Source of the DNA: Flavobacteriales bacterium
Lineage (GTDB): Bacteria > Bacteroidota > Bacteroidia > CAIKAF01
Length of the DNA: 64,000 bases
Assembly (NCBI GenBank): GCA_025055575.1
Contig: JANWWP010000023.1
Span: 34,255 to 98,254 of the forward strand
Direction: 5' to 3'
Of this stretch, positions 9,909-20,124 are shown one piece after another; position 1 is the first letter of the stretch; every line of letters starts with the position of its first letter. A program made the position numbers and the translations under genes. A model generated the notes under the pieces. That model searched no databases, was not told the DNA's origin, and saw nothing but the letters and a program-made list of their open reading frames with translations.

Positions 9909-10823
9909 TTATTGAAGGATAAAAGAACCCCTCGAAATTATCCGCTGCCCTTCGATCACTTTCAAATGGTACGGACCGGACGGGAAACCCTGCACATTTA
10001 GGGTGATAGGCCATTGTGTCACCGCATGTTGAGCTACCTGACGCCCCGTGGCATCCGTGATGACCAACACACCGTGCGATTGCCATCCCTCCACACCTAT
10101 GTGCAGAACATCACGGGTAGGATTAGGCCAGAGGCGCATTGGCAATCCGGGATAACTTTCTGAAAGACCGGAGCTGTATTCTAATTCCAGTTCGTCCACC
10201 CATAATGTGGAATTATTTTTCCCTGCACAAGCCAAAAGGTTGCTAAAATTGTAGCCGGCGCTGGACACACAAAGAATAATAAGAGAATCCGGCACCAGGG
10301 TGGTGGAATAATACGTGATAGGCATATCGAATGGGGTGTAGGCCGCCACAGAATTTTTAATTTTCATGGCAGCGCGACCCACCGTATCCCTTACGGCTCC
10401 ATTGCGCTTCATCAGGGCGATAAGAATCTCAGCCGAGTCGCCCTGAACAGGGCTGTATTTATACCAGCCCTTAAAGCGCGTAGGTTTTTCCGTGAAGGGC
10501 ACGCCTAAAAATGCCGCCGGAGGCGCCGTCTGAACCTGTATTGTGGCCAATACCCCCGGAATAAAAATATTCAAGGCTACCAGCGTGTTGGATTTGAGTT
10601 CGGCGGCCAGATTGCTTTTGGCATCGCTGGTTTTGGTGACAGTGACAGGAACCCCCAGGCTGGTGAGGCTGTTCAAGGTTTTGAGCATCGTGCCGGCAGG
10701 CTCTTCATAGCTGCCCATATTGTTCCAACTGTCCAAATTGCCGTTGTCAATCTGGGTCTGAGCCGAAAGGGATCCATATCCCCACAAGGCCGAAATGCAA
10801 AACAGTGTAAAGGTTTTTTTCAT
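9909..10823 (-). CDS. PCMD-like (putative carbohydrate metabolism domain) protein with T9SS type-A sorting domain
   Basis: Signal peptide; GVPFTEKPTRFKGWYKYSP..GDS and STLWVDELEL (PCMD-like); C-terminal WPNPTRD...SGPYHLKV. Confidence 0.72.
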   Translation of the reverse strand: MKKTFTLFCISALWGYGSLSAQTQIDNGNLDSWNNMGSYEEPAGTMLKTLNSLTSLGVPVTVTKTSDAKSNLAAELKSNTLVALNIFIPGVLATIQVQTAPPAAFLGVPFTEKPTRFKGWYKYSPVQGDSAEILIALMKRNGAVRDTVGRAAMKIKNSVAAYTPFDMPITYYSTTLVPDSLIILCVSSAGYNFSNLLACAGKNNSTLWVDELELEYSSGLSESYPGLPMRLWPNPTRDVLHIGVEGWQSHGVLVITDATGRQVAQHAVTQWPITLNVQGFPSGPYHLKVIEGQRIISRGSFILQ

Positions 10824-10847
10824 ATATTAAAAATAAAGCAGTCAAAT

Positions 10848-13286
10848 TTACAACGATAAGCCCAGTTGTAGCATCCAGGTCCGGGGTTCGGACGGGCTCA
10901 TGGGCCGAAGAGCGTAAGCGCGGTTGGTAATGTTGTTCACAATCCAGGCCACGCGCCAGGTCTCACCTAATATGACACCCACCCGCGCATCGCCCACGGT
11001 GTTGCCGGTTTCCCGATCTCTATAATGCCGAATGCCCGTAGCAAAAGCTGTCGGCGTATCCAGATCATAGAAAAAGCGGTCAATAGATTGCATTTTACTG
11101 TAATATCGGACAGAGAAGCCGGCAAAGAGTTGGTGGCGGTTTTTCCGGCCCAATTTCACATTCAACTGGCAATCCCACTTCACTAAGTGCTGAATCCGGT
11201 ATTTCAGAATGCGCCGGGCCGTGTCGCCCACAGTGGAATTGAGGTAGGTGATGGTGTCTTTATTGGGCAGCCAGGTGAGACGTGCATACACATAATCCGG
11301 CGTGAGGGTTTGGGGCAGGGTGTAGGTATAGCCCCCGAACATTTGAAATTCTACACGGTCCGAAAACTTGCCCGAACCGGCCACAGAGGCTTCCAGACCC
11401 CACACCCGCGCCTTGCCTGTATTGAGGAACCTGAATCCCAGATCTTTGGAAATATTGCCCGTTTGGCCCCAACGACCGGAATTAAATTCCACAAAATTTT
11501 CATAATGTTGATAAAACCCGCACAGATCCACAAACCCACCAAAATTGCGGATTCTATACAGTTGCTTTATTCCGACTTCGGCGCTCCAGCTGTTTTCCGG
11601 CAGGAGATCCGGATTGGGGAAAAAACCGAAGCCGCCCACATTGGTGAGAATGTAACGTTCGCCAATGCTGGGGAAACGAAAACCCTGGCCCCAGGAGCCC
11701 CTCAGATACGTTGCTTCGGTGAGCATGAGATTCATCCCCGTTCGAAAAACAGGTTTTCCACGTTCCAAACCATTGATCTCAAAATATTCAAAACGGGCTC
11801 CGCCCAGCACCGTCAAGCGCTTGAACATTTTTTTTTCCAGTTGCAAATACAGGGCGGCATTTTGTTGATGACTGCGGTTGCCTCCACCAGGCAGCCCAAT
11901 GAAAATCCGGCTGGAGGCCGAAGTATATTGGCCTGAAAGCCCTGTTATTAAGTTGAATCCGATTTTTTTAAAAAACCTTTGATACTGATATTCCGCGAAG
12001 AAATTATGGCTTTGAGAAAATTGATCTTTATCGGCGTCGTTGTGGCTCAGGAAATATCGGCCCCGTGCGGTGTGACGATCTCCAGATTTGGCGTAATGGG
12101 TGATGAAAGGATCTAAATACACCAGCACATCTTTATAATTGTAAAGCGAACCCGGAAAAGAAACATACATCCCGGTGGTGTCATCGTACCAGAAGTAACT
12201 CTCGGCCTGGTGCTGCACCATTACATTTCCGCTCAGGCCGTACACCAGCCCTTCTACTTTTTGATTGCGATGGCGCACCGAAAAATTTATTCTTCCGCGC
12301 CGGTCATAGCGGCCTTTATTTTTGGGATTCAGATCAGAGGGCTTTACGAAGGTGGTGTCGGGTTTTAATTTTTCAGGCCCCACAAATCCATTTTCAAAAT
12401 AGAAATTGCCTCCGATGACGATATCCCAGCTTCCCTGCTTGCGGGCGTGATTGAATCCCAATCCCGAAAAAAACGGAACCCGTCCCTCCAGAAGCCGGTC
12501 GCGCGAGCTATACCACCGGCGGCCCTTAGGCAATTCATACAAGCCGCTGAACACGTTCACACGGGTTTCAGGCTTTTCCTTGGCAAAAGCGGTGCGCACA
12601 TTGATGACGCCATTCATGGCCATGGAACCATACAGCACGCTGGAAGCGCCTTTGAGCACTTCAATCTGTTCCACATTTTCCACAGGCAGCAATTCCCATA
12701 CAGGCCGGCCTACATCCACCCGCATCAGAGGCATATCGTCCACCAAAATCAACACCCGACTTCCCAAGCCGCTGCTGAAACCGCTTCCTCCGCGCACCTG
12801 AGGTTCGTTATCCACAACGGCCACACCGGGGGTTTGTTCCACGGCCTTATCCAGGGTGATGGTGTTTTTGTTCTGAATGAGCGTGGGTTGTATCACGTCC
12901 ACCGTCGTGGTAAGTTCCTGTTGTTTTTGTTCGTAACGTCCGGCCGATACCACCGTGGTTTCCAAAAGCCGGGCCCTACGCATCATCTCTACATTCAAAA
13001 CTGTCACGCTGTGAGCCTTCGCCTCCACCAGACGAAATTCTTTTTCATACCCCACGGCCGAAAAATTCAGCCGGGTGAGGCCGGGCTTTAGTTCAATGGA
13101 AAATTGACCCTGGATATCCGAAACGGTGCCTTTGCCACTTTCTCCAATGGTGATATGGACAAAAGGCAGAGGTTCTTTTGTCTCGCCATCGATGATACGG
13201 CCTTTAATCGTTCCATTTTGGGCTAGGGCCGGTTGGGAGAGGAAAATGCTGCAATGGGTTAATACAAAGGGTATAAGTAATCTCAT
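10848..13286 (-). CDS. TonB-dependent receptor with N-terminal carboxypeptidase-regulatory-like domain
   Basis: IKGRIIDGETKEPLP; plug motifs QVRGGSG and ENVEQIEVLKGASSVLYG; NPDLLPE; start taken at MRLLIP, after a TAGGTTTG -7 element at 13305-13312. Confidence 0.88.
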   Translation of the reverse strand: MRLLIPFVLTHCSIFLSQPALAQNGTIKGRIIDGETKEPLPFVHITIGESGKGTVSDIQGQFSIELKPGLTRLNFSAVGYEKEFRLVEAKAHSVTVLNVEMMRRARLLETTVVSAGRYEQKQQELTTTVDVIQPTLIQNKNTITLDKAVEQTPGVAVVDNEPQVRGGSGFSSGLGSRVLILVDDMPLMRVDVGRPVWELLPVENVEQIEVLKGASSVLYGSMAMNGVINVRTAFAKEKPETRVNVFSGLYELPKGRRWYSSRDRLLEGRVPFFSGLGFNHARKQGSWDIVIGGNFYFENGFVGPEKLKPDTTFVKPSDLNPKNKGRYDRRGRINFSVRHRNQKVEGLVYGLSGNVMVQHQAESYFWYDDTTGMYVSFPGSLYNYKDVLVYLDPFITHYAKSGDRHTARGRYFLSHNDADKDQFSQSHNFFAEYQYQRFFKKIGFNLITGLSGQYTSASSRIFIGLPGGGNRSHQQNAALYLQLEKKMFKRLTVLGGARFEYFEINGLERGKPVFRTGMNLMLTEATYLRGSWGQGFRFPSIGERYILTNVGGFGFFPNPDLLPENSWSAEVGIKQLYRIRNFGGFVDLCGFYQHYENFVEFNSGRWGQTGNISKDLGFRFLNTGKARVWGLEASVAGSGKFSDRVEFQMFGGYTYTLPQTLTPDYVYARLTWLPNKDTITYLNSTVGDTARRILKYRIQHLVKWDCQLNVKLGRKNRHQLFAGFSVRYYSKMQSIDRFFYDLDTPTAFATGIRHYRDRETGNTVGDARVGVILGETWRVAWIVNNITNRAYALRPMSPSEPRTWMLQLGLSL

Positions 13287-13370
13287 TCTGAATTTGGGAC
13301 ACTGCAAACCTAAACAAATTCTTAATGGCGTTAATGAAGGGCATCAGGGTGGCCCTCCGTCCCCCCGGAG

Positions 13371-16244
13371 TTATTTCCCTAAGACGGAAGCCAAAAAGCG
13401 GCCCGTTTGGGATTCCGAATGGGCGGCCACCTCCTCTGGCGTACCGGAAGCCACCACGCGGCCCCCTTCTGGCCCACCTTCGGGTCCAAGATCCGTGATA
13501 TAATCACAGCACTTTAAGACTTCCAGATTGTGCTCAATCACCAAAATCGTGTGCCCTTGATCTAAAAGGGCTCCAAAGGCCCCCAGCAGCTTGTGGACAT
13601 CATGAAAATGAAGACCTGTGGTGGGTTCATCAAAAATGAATATTTTTTTTCCGGAAGAAGTCCCCGGACGCGCCAGAAAATAGGCCAATTTTACCCGCTG
13701 GGCCTCGCCACCGCTGAGCGTGGAAGCCGACTGGCCCAGCCTCAGGTAGTCCAAGCCTACCGCCTGCAGTGGCGCAAACAAACCAGCGATTTTGCGACCA
13801 GCCGGGTCCGGGGCAGCGGCAAAAAAGCGCTGTGCCTCGTCCACGGTAAGATCCAGAAGTTCGGCGATATTTTTTCCCTGGTAACTCACTTCCAGAACTT
13901 CGTCTTTATACCGACGACCTTTGCAGGCTTCACACAACAACTTGACATCGGCCATAAATTGCATCTCCACTGTGATGTGCCCTTCGCCTTCGCATTCCTC
14001 GCAACGCCCGCCCGGCACGTTGAAGGAAAAATGAAAAGCTTTCAGACCCCGGCTTTTGGCCGCGGGCTGATCTGCATAAATATGCCGGATATCATCAAAA
14101 ATTTTTAGGTACGTAATGGGATTGGATCTTGAGGACATCCCAATGGGACTTTGGTCCACCAATTCGACCCCTGAGATCAGGGCATTTTCAGGAATTTCAA
14201 GAGTCTTATAGGGCAGAGGCGTCTCCGTGAGGGTATCCAAACCCAGTTTTCGCACAAGGGCCGGATACAAAATTTTTTTAACCAGAGTCGTTTTCCCCGA
14301 GCCGCTTACCCCGCTCACACCGCTCATCACGCCCAAAGGCACAACAAAATCAATATTCTGCAGGTTGTGACCGCGGGCGCCGGCAAGATGTATAGCGCTC
14401 TTCCAGGTGCGGCGCTGGCTAGGCACAGAAATTTTCCGCCGGCCCGTCAGATAATCGGCCGTAAGCGTTTGGACATCAGCCAATCGGGAAGCCGGACCTG
14501 AGAACACCACTTCCCCTCCCTTCCATCCAGCCTCGGGCCCCATGTCCACTAAAAAATCTGCCGACTCAATCATATCCCTGTCATGCTCTACTACGACAAC
14601 GGTGTTGCCATCGTCCCTAAGTTTTTTCAAAGACCCAATGAGCCGGTGGGTATCGCGGGGATGCAAACCGATGCTGGGTTCATCCAAAATGTAAGTGGCC
14701 CCGGTGAGGCTGCTGCCGAGGGAGGCCGCCAGTTGTATCCTTTGGGTTTCCCCGCCGGAAAGTGTTCGGGAGCGCCGGTTTAATGTCAGATAAGAAAGCC
14801 CTACATCGCAAAGAAATTGCAAACGGCTGCGAATTTCCTGAAGAAGATGACGGGCCACGGCTTCATCCGTTTCGGATAGAGACAGCTTATCAAAAAAAGC
14901 CGCCACCTGGCCGACAGGTTTTAACAAAAGATCTGTAATAGAAACGCCGCCCACCTTCACCCAAGAGGCATCCTGACGAAGGCATGTGCCACGGCAATCC
15001 GGACATTCCGTGCGACCGCGGTAGCGAGAAAGCAACACCCGGTACTGTATTTTGTAAAGTTGGCTTTCCACATCCCGGAAAAAATCATCAATGCCATAAG
15101 GTTTGCCTTGACAACCTTTCCAAAGAAGACGCTTCTGCTCATCTGTGAGATCTTGATAGGGTGTGTGAATTGGAAAATTCTGCTTCAAAGCATGCTGAAT
15201 AAATTGCTGCTTCCACCACCCCAGTGTCTCTCCGCGCCAGCAAGCCACAGCGTCGTCATACACACTTCGGGTAGAATCGGGTACCACCAAATTTTCATCA
15301 ATGCCCAAGACCCAGCCGTAGCCTTCGCAAGTGCGACATGCACCATAGGGATTATTAAAGCTGAATAAATTCACACTGGGCGGCTCGAATGTGAGGCCAT
15401 CAGCTTCCAGACGATCGGAAAATTCGGCTTCCAGCACCCAGCCATCCTCTGTTTCTGTGAATAGCAAACAGCGTCCATGCCCCTCATACATAGCGGTCTC
15501 CGCCGAATCCACAATCCGGGAGAACCCCTCGTCATCTTTTTCTCCGGACTCAAAACGGTCAATCAGCAAAAAAGGTAGTTCCGAAGGCTCTTGAGGCAAT
15601 ACCCAATCCTCCATTCGAATCATTTTTCTCCCATCAAACAAACGGCTGAAGCCCTGAGCCATCAGCAATTCCACATCCCGGAATAAAGGTCGTTCTGGAT
15701 GGCGGGGAAAAGGTACCACCAAAAGGCAGCGCAGGCCCAACTTTAATTTTTGAACATATCGGGCCACGTCCTGAGGCTGATGGCGCCGCACTTCCTTCCC
15801 AGAAACCGGGGAATACAAGCGCCCCACCCTGGCAAAGAGCAGTTTCAGGTAATCGTAAATTTCAGTGGAGGTCCCCACCGTGGAGCGTGCATTAGAGCTG
15901 ACCACTTTTTGCTCGATGGCCACTGTGGGCGACAAACCCCGGATATCCTCCACATCCGGTCTTTCCATTCGGCCCAGAAACTGGCGGGCATAGCTGGAAA
16001 GGCTCTCCACATAGCGGCGTTGCCCTTCGGCAAACAAAGTGTGGAAGGCCAAAGAAGACTTTCCCGAGCCGCTGACACCGGTGATTACCGTCAAGCGTCC
16101 ATGCGGGATTTTAACATGGACATTTTTTAAATTATGCGTGCGCGCTCCTACTATCTCGATATAATCCTCTGATTCAGGAGGGGACTTGTGCTTCGAACCC
16201 TTCGAAACCGTATCAGACAAAACAGCAGCCCCTCGATGTTTCAT
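13371..16244 (-). CDS. uvrA: excinuclease ABC subunit A, second paralog (UvrA2-like)
   Basis: GARTHNLKN, GVSGSGKSSLAF, LSGGETQRI and LSGGEAQRVKLA, C-terminal CxxC zinc finger; start taken at MKHRG after TATTTTTG. Confidence 0.92.
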   Translation of the reverse strand: MKHRGAAVLSDTVSKGSKHKSPPESEDYIEIVGARTHNLKNVHVKIPHGRLTVITGVSGSGKSSLAFHTLFAEGQRRYVESLSSYARQFLGRMERPDVEDIRGLSPTVAIEQKVVSSNARSTVGTSTEIYDYLKLLFARVGRLYSPVSGKEVRRHQPQDVARYVQKLKLGLRCLLVVPFPRHPERPLFRDVELLMAQGFSRLFDGRKMIRMEDWVLPQEPSELPFLLIDRFESGEKDDEGFSRIVDSAETAMYEGHGRCLLFTETEDGWVLEAEFSDRLEADGLTFEPPSVNLFSFNNPYGACRTCEGYGWVLGIDENLVVPDSTRSVYDDAVACWRGETLGWWKQQFIQHALKQNFPIHTPYQDLTDEQKRLLWKGCQGKPYGIDDFFRDVESQLYKIQYRVLLSRYRGRTECPDCRGTCLRQDASWVKVGGVSITDLLLKPVGQVAAFFDKLSLSETDEAVARHLLQEIRSRLQFLCDVGLSYLTLNRRSRTLSGGETQRIQLAASLGSSLTGATYILDEPSIGLHPRDTHRLIGSLKKLRDDGNTVVVVEHDRDMIESADFLVDMGPEAGWKGGEVVFSGPASRLADVQTLTADYLTGRRKISVPSQRRTWKSAIHLAGARGHNLQNIDFVVPLGVMSGVSGVSGSGKTTLVKKILYPALVRKLGLDTLTETPLPYKTLEIPENALISGVELVDQSPIGMSSRSNPITYLKIFDDIRHIYADQPAAKSRGLKAFHFSFNVPGGRCEECEGEGHITVEMQFMADVKLLCEACKGRRYKDEVLEVSYQGKNIAELLDLTVDEAQRFFAAAPDPAGRKIAGLFAPLQAVGLDYLRLGQSASTLSGGEAQRVKLAYFLARPGTSSGKKIFIFDEPTTGLHFHDVHKLLGAFGALLDQGHTILVIEHNLEVLKCCDYITDLGPEGGPEGGRVVASGTPEEVAAHSESQTGRFLASVLGK

Positions 16245-16294
16245 GCCTGCACAAAAATAGACTCCTCCTATCAACCGCTAAGGCCCGGGGAGGT

Positions 16295-16777
16295 TCACCG
16301 GGTCAGATACAGCCATATGGCATAGCCCAAACCCCAGACACCGTAAGCCAGCTTCAAAAGCATTCCGCTGAAAAAACCCGCCAGGCTGGCCCAGGCGCTG
16401 CGCAGGGATTGCCCCACCGAACGCGAAGCCAGCCACTCTCCCACAAAAGCACCGCAAACGGGCCCTAAAAGGATACCCCAGGGCGGAAAAAGAAATAACC
16501 CGACCACCATCCCGACTGTGGCACCACGGGTGGCCCAAGGGGAACTTTTAAAGCGCCGGGTGAAGTACACCGGCAACACATAATCGGCCACCGTAATCAA
16601 AGCCATCATGAGTCCGGCCCCCAGGCTCACCCACAGGGGCGGAGCATACAGTTCTGTGCCATACAAAAGCAGCAAGCCGGCAAATGTGAGGGGAGGGCCC
16701 GGAATCACAGGCAAAAAGGCACCCATCAAACCGGTGATAAAACATACGAAAGCTCCAACAACCCAAACGACTTCCAT
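16295..16777 (-). CDS. DUF456 family membrane protein
   Basis: LPVIPGPPL, G+LLGP..GAFVGE, hydrophobic throughout. Confidence 0.85.
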   Translation of the reverse strand: MEVVWVVGAFVCFITGLMGAFLPVIPGPPLTFAGLLLLYGTELYAPPLWVSLGAGLMMALITVADYVLPVYFTRRFKSSPWATRGATVGMVVGLFLFPPWGILLGPVCGAFVGEWLASRSVGQSLRSAWASLAGFFSGMLLKLAYGVWGLGYAIWLYLTR

Positions 16778-16941
16778 GCGTGCTTTTTGCTATTGGACGA
16801 AGATAAAAACATTTTGTTTTTTTAAAACCCATAAACGATTGCCCCGGAGGGACAACTGGTTTTGAGGAAAAGAAACTCTGTAGCCAGCAAGACGAAATAG
16901 GCCTTGCCGCTAATTGTCTTCTGCAATCATTGAAATTTTCA

Positions 16942-17670
16942 TCAGGCCATGCCTCCCACTTCCAGCCTAAAACCCACCCCGTGAATGTTCGTGATTCGGA
17001 CGCGTGGATCTTCTGCCAGATACTTTCGAAGTTTAGTGATAAAAACATCCAGACTTCGGCCGATGAAATAATCGCTCTTTCCCCACACGGCATTCATGAG
17101 AGTCTCGCGTTCGATAGTCTGCCCGGCACGCAGAGCCAGATACCTGAGAATCCGGGCCTCTTTGGCTGTAAGTTTTTTATGCAGTTGTCCTTTGTAATGT
17201 AATTCCAAGACACTAAATACGAGTTTAAAGTGTCCAATTTCCACGACATCCGGGTCTTGGTTTTTGAGGACTTCCTTATCCGGAGGCTGAATACGCTTCC
17301 GAATGTTGGCTATGCGCAGGATGAGTTCTTCGGGTTCATAAGGCTTGGTCACATAATCGTCAGCACCGAGGCGCAAGCCGCGCACTTTATCTTCCGTCAT
17401 GTCGCGGGCCGTCACAAATATGATGGGCGCAAGAGGCTTCAACTTTCGGAGTTCTGCGGCGAGGGTAAAGCCATCTTTTTCCGGCATCATCACATCCAAA
17501 ATGTACAAATCAAAATCCTTTTCATGCATCCAGCGTGTGGCTTCCGCGCCGTCGGAGGCCAATGTCACTTCGTAGCCCTGATCCTGCAACAGATCCTGAG
17601 TGATGAGGGCCAGATTGCTATCGTCCTCGGCCAACAGAATTGAAAACGGCGCATTATCTCTAAGATTCAT
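16942..17670 (-). CDS. OmpR/PhoB-family response regulator (RprY-like), no adjacent kinase
   Basis: ILLAEDD, LDVMMP..DGF, GADDYVTKP, GRSLDVFITKLRKYL, NIHGVGFRL; start MNLRD at 17670. Confidence 0.92.
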   Translation of the reverse strand: MNLRDNAPFSILLAEDDSNLALITQDLLQDQGYEVTLASDGAEATRWMHEKDFDLYILDVMMPEKDGFTLAAELRKLKPLAPIIFVTARDMTEDKVRGLRLGADDYVTKPYEPEELILRIANIRKRIQPPDKEVLKNQDPDVVEIGHFKLVFSVLELHYKGQLHKKLTAKEARILRYLALRAGQTIERETLMNAVWGKSDYFIGRSLDVFITKLRKYLAEDPRVRITNIHGVGFRLEVGGMA

Positions 17671-17732
17671 GAACCCAAAAATACACAGCAGAAAGAGGGA
17701 AAGGCAACGACACCGTACCTTTGAAAGGCCGG

Positions 17733-18101
17733 ATGAAGCCCACTCTGATTGCCGGTTTTTCTCCCCGGCCTGGACGCTACAGTCTGTTGGCCCTGCGCGC
17801 CCTTCAAAATGCCGGGCACCAGGTGCATTTAATGGGGCGTAAAAGCGGAGAATTCGAGGGCCGGCGCGTTTTTGGTCTGGGTGAGGCCCCACCGCCCGGA
17901 CTTCGTGTGCACACCCTCACGCTGTATCTGAGAGCCGAGTTCCAAAGGCCCTTTTATCCTTGCTTTCTACAATGGCAACCCCATAGGATTATTTTTAATC
18001 CTGGCACGGAAAATCCTGAATTTGAAGATTTGTGCCATCGGGAGGGAATTGAAGCCCTCCGGGCCTGCACCCTGGTCATGCTGAGCACGGGGCAGTATTA
18101 A
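17733..18101 (+). CDS. CoA-binding protein (YccU-like)
   Basis: HTLTLYL, RIIFNPGTENPE, ACTLVMLSTGQY; TACCTTTG at 17716-17723. Confidence 0.88.
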   Translation: MKPTLIAGFSPRPGRYSLLALRALQNAGHQVHLMGRKSGEFEGRRVFGLGEAPPPGLRVHTLTLYLRAEFQRPFYPCFLQWQPHRIIFNPGTENPEFEDLCHREGIEALRACTLVMLSTGQY

Positions 18102-18973
18102 AAGCGGCTCAAAATATTTTTTACAGATTGGATGTAAGAACCAGGAAATAAATTCACATGCACCAGGAGCGGATACAGGTTGCATATGTCCACGCGTTTC
18201 TCCCACCCTGGGGATAGAGGATATTCGTTGGCATATCCTTCATAAAACTCATAATCAAACCCACCGAAAAGCCTTGTCATAGCAAGGTCCATCTCACGGT
18301 GGCCGTAATATACGGCCGGATCAAAAACAGCCGGGTCGCCTTCCAAAGTGCACAAAAAATTGCCGCCCCAAAGGTCTCCATGCAGCAGAGCCGGTGGCTC
18401 TTGAGGGAAAATTTCAGGCAGGCGCTTGTAAAGACTTTCAAATTTCTGAACCACACCGCCGTCGGCTTTGCCGTTATCCACCGCCCGCCGCAGTTGGGGC
18501 TCGAGCCTGAACCGGACAAAAAAATCCGGCCAGGACTCGACCCAGGCATTTCTTTGCGGCAGAGAACCCACAAAATTGTCATGGTCTAACCCAAATTTAT
18601 CGGACGTGTGACGATGCTGGCGGGCTAGTCTTTCGCCAAAATCTTCCCAGAAGCCAAACGAAGGTTCCCCTTGCTCCAGATATTCAAGAATGATAAAACA
18701 ATGGTTTTCGTCTTCGCCGGTGCCTATGACGTCCGGCACTTTTATCTCTCCGGCCGCTTTCAGAAGGTCCAAGCCGCGGGCCTCGGCATCAAACATGCCT
18801 TTATGCCGGCGGGCATCATTCCATTTCACGAAAAAAGGACCTGCGTTGGTGCGGAGGATAGCGGCCGCGTTGATGGAACCGCCGCCTTTGACATCATAAC
18901 TTTCAATCGTAACGGACGTACCTAAACGATCCGAAACATTTTTCTCAACAAGAAGCCTGAATTCGGGCGTCAT
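18098..18973 (-). CDS. fructosamine kinase family protein
   Basis: GGGSIN, FVKWN, PALLHGDLWGGN, FDPAVYYGHREMDLAM; start MTPEF. Confidence 0.92.
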   Translation of the reverse strand: MTPEFRLLVEKNVSDRLGTSVTIESYDVKGGGSINAAAILRTNAGPFFVKWNDARRHKGMFDAEARGLDLLKAAGEIKVPDVIGTGEDENHCFIILEYLEQGEPSFGFWEDFGERLARQHRHTSDKFGLDHDNFVGSLPQRNAWVESWPDFFVRFRLEPQLRRAVDNGKADGGVVQKFESLYKRLPEIFPQEPPALLHGDLWGGNFLCTLEGDPAVFDPAVYYGHREMDLAMTRLFGGFDYEFYEGYANEYPLSPGWEKRVDICNLYPLLVHVNLFPGSYIQSVKNILSRF

Positions 18974-19181
18974 TATGAAGGTGAAATTGATTGTGCGAAA
19001 TAAACAACCAGGGCTCTCTCTTGCAAGAATAACCAAGTTAGCCTTTTCACAAGGCTGTTCCTTACGACGGCCATAAACTCCCTAAGGCCAGTTTCTTTTA
19101 CGTACTACTTACAACTTAATTGGCAAAAAAATCGACATGAACCCATACCACAAAACATTAAAAATCCAGGCCTAAAGCCTC

Positions 19182-20120
19182 CTATTGCCCGTATTCCTTC
19201 ACATTGAGGCTGCCTTTTTTCTTGTTGTATTCTTTTCCAAACTTCATTCTTTTGCCTTCCTGGCTTCTTTCGTTGGGCGCCTTACCGCGGGTAAAATCCG
19301 GACACAGAACACCGGAAGAACCCCCTTTTTTACTACTGAACCGCCTGTTCATTAAAACCTTGAAAAAGAAAAAGCCATCGGGCTCCTGAGGATTGCCACG
19401 CGCTTTAACCCCATCCAAATAATCCGAAAAAGCATACACATAGCCCAGCTCCAAGGAAAGTGACCACCGCGGATGCCACCAGTACTCGGCTCCCAGGCCG
19501 GCTTGAAGGGCCGGACTCATCCACGCGGAGCCTGACTCCGGAGGCCCCCCTGAACGACTCAAAGGAAAGGCCCGGATGCCAGATATGCCGACCAGGCCGT
19601 AAGCGCTCCAGGGAGAAATGGCTTTGGGAAGTACTTCCGCACGAAATCCCTTCTTGGGCAGACTTTGATCCGGCAGAAAATACCACTCGCCTTGCAGTCC
19701 GGTCTGAAAGAAAGGGGACTCCACGGCCAATCCACGAGCTTTATTCTCCGGATTATAACTGTAGCGGTCATTTCCGCTCAGGACCCCTCCATTTACAAAA
19801 AACTTGGCGGAAACGTAACGACTGAATTTATACCGGACACCCAGCTGCGCATCAACCCGTGTGGAAAGCATATCGATATCCCTCGGACGGCGGCTCCCCG
19901 GTCCGGAGGTTCCGCCCAGATCGCCCATCAGAACGTTGGGCCCTAAACCCACACTCACCTGAAAGCGATTAAGGAATGGGGTGCGGGGCTGTTCGGATTG
20001 AGCCAAAATTTTGCAATACCCTAACGAAAAATTGGAAAATATGACAAGAAAGAGGTCTCGGAAAAAATTATTCAGGAGGGGGCTTGAAAGCCAAAGGTTG
20101 GCTACCTTAACAGGACGCAT
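19182..20120 (-). CDS. outer membrane beta-barrel protein (PorG/DUF6089-like, OmpA-type barrel)
   Basis: VGLGPNVLMGDLGG, amphipathic strands, YAFSDYLDGV; basic low-complexity tail; start codon uncertain. Confidence 0.55.
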   Translation of the reverse strand: MRPVKVANLWLSSPLLNNFFRDLFLVIFSNFSLGYCKILAQSEQPRTPFLNRFQVSVGLGPNVLMGDLGGTSGPGSRRPRDIDMLSTRVDAQLGVRYKFSRYVSAKFFVNGGVLSGNDRYSYNPENKARGLAVESPFFQTGLQGEWYFLPDQSLPKKGFRAEVLPKAISPWSAYGLVGISGIRAFPLSRSGGPPESGSAWMSPALQAGLGAEYWWHPRWSLSLELGYVYAFSDYLDGVKARGNPQEPDGFFFFKVLMNRRFSSKKGGSSGVLCPDFTRGKAPNERSQEGKRMKFGKEYNKKKGSLNVKEYGQ

Positions 20121-20124
20121 ACCC

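Noticed and set aside
18974-19181. Possible ncRNA or riboswitch in larger intergenic gaps (also 9794-9908 and 16778-16941)
   Set aside because: No convincing extended stems or known riboswitch cores by eye; an Rfam/Infernal scan would be needed to exclude them
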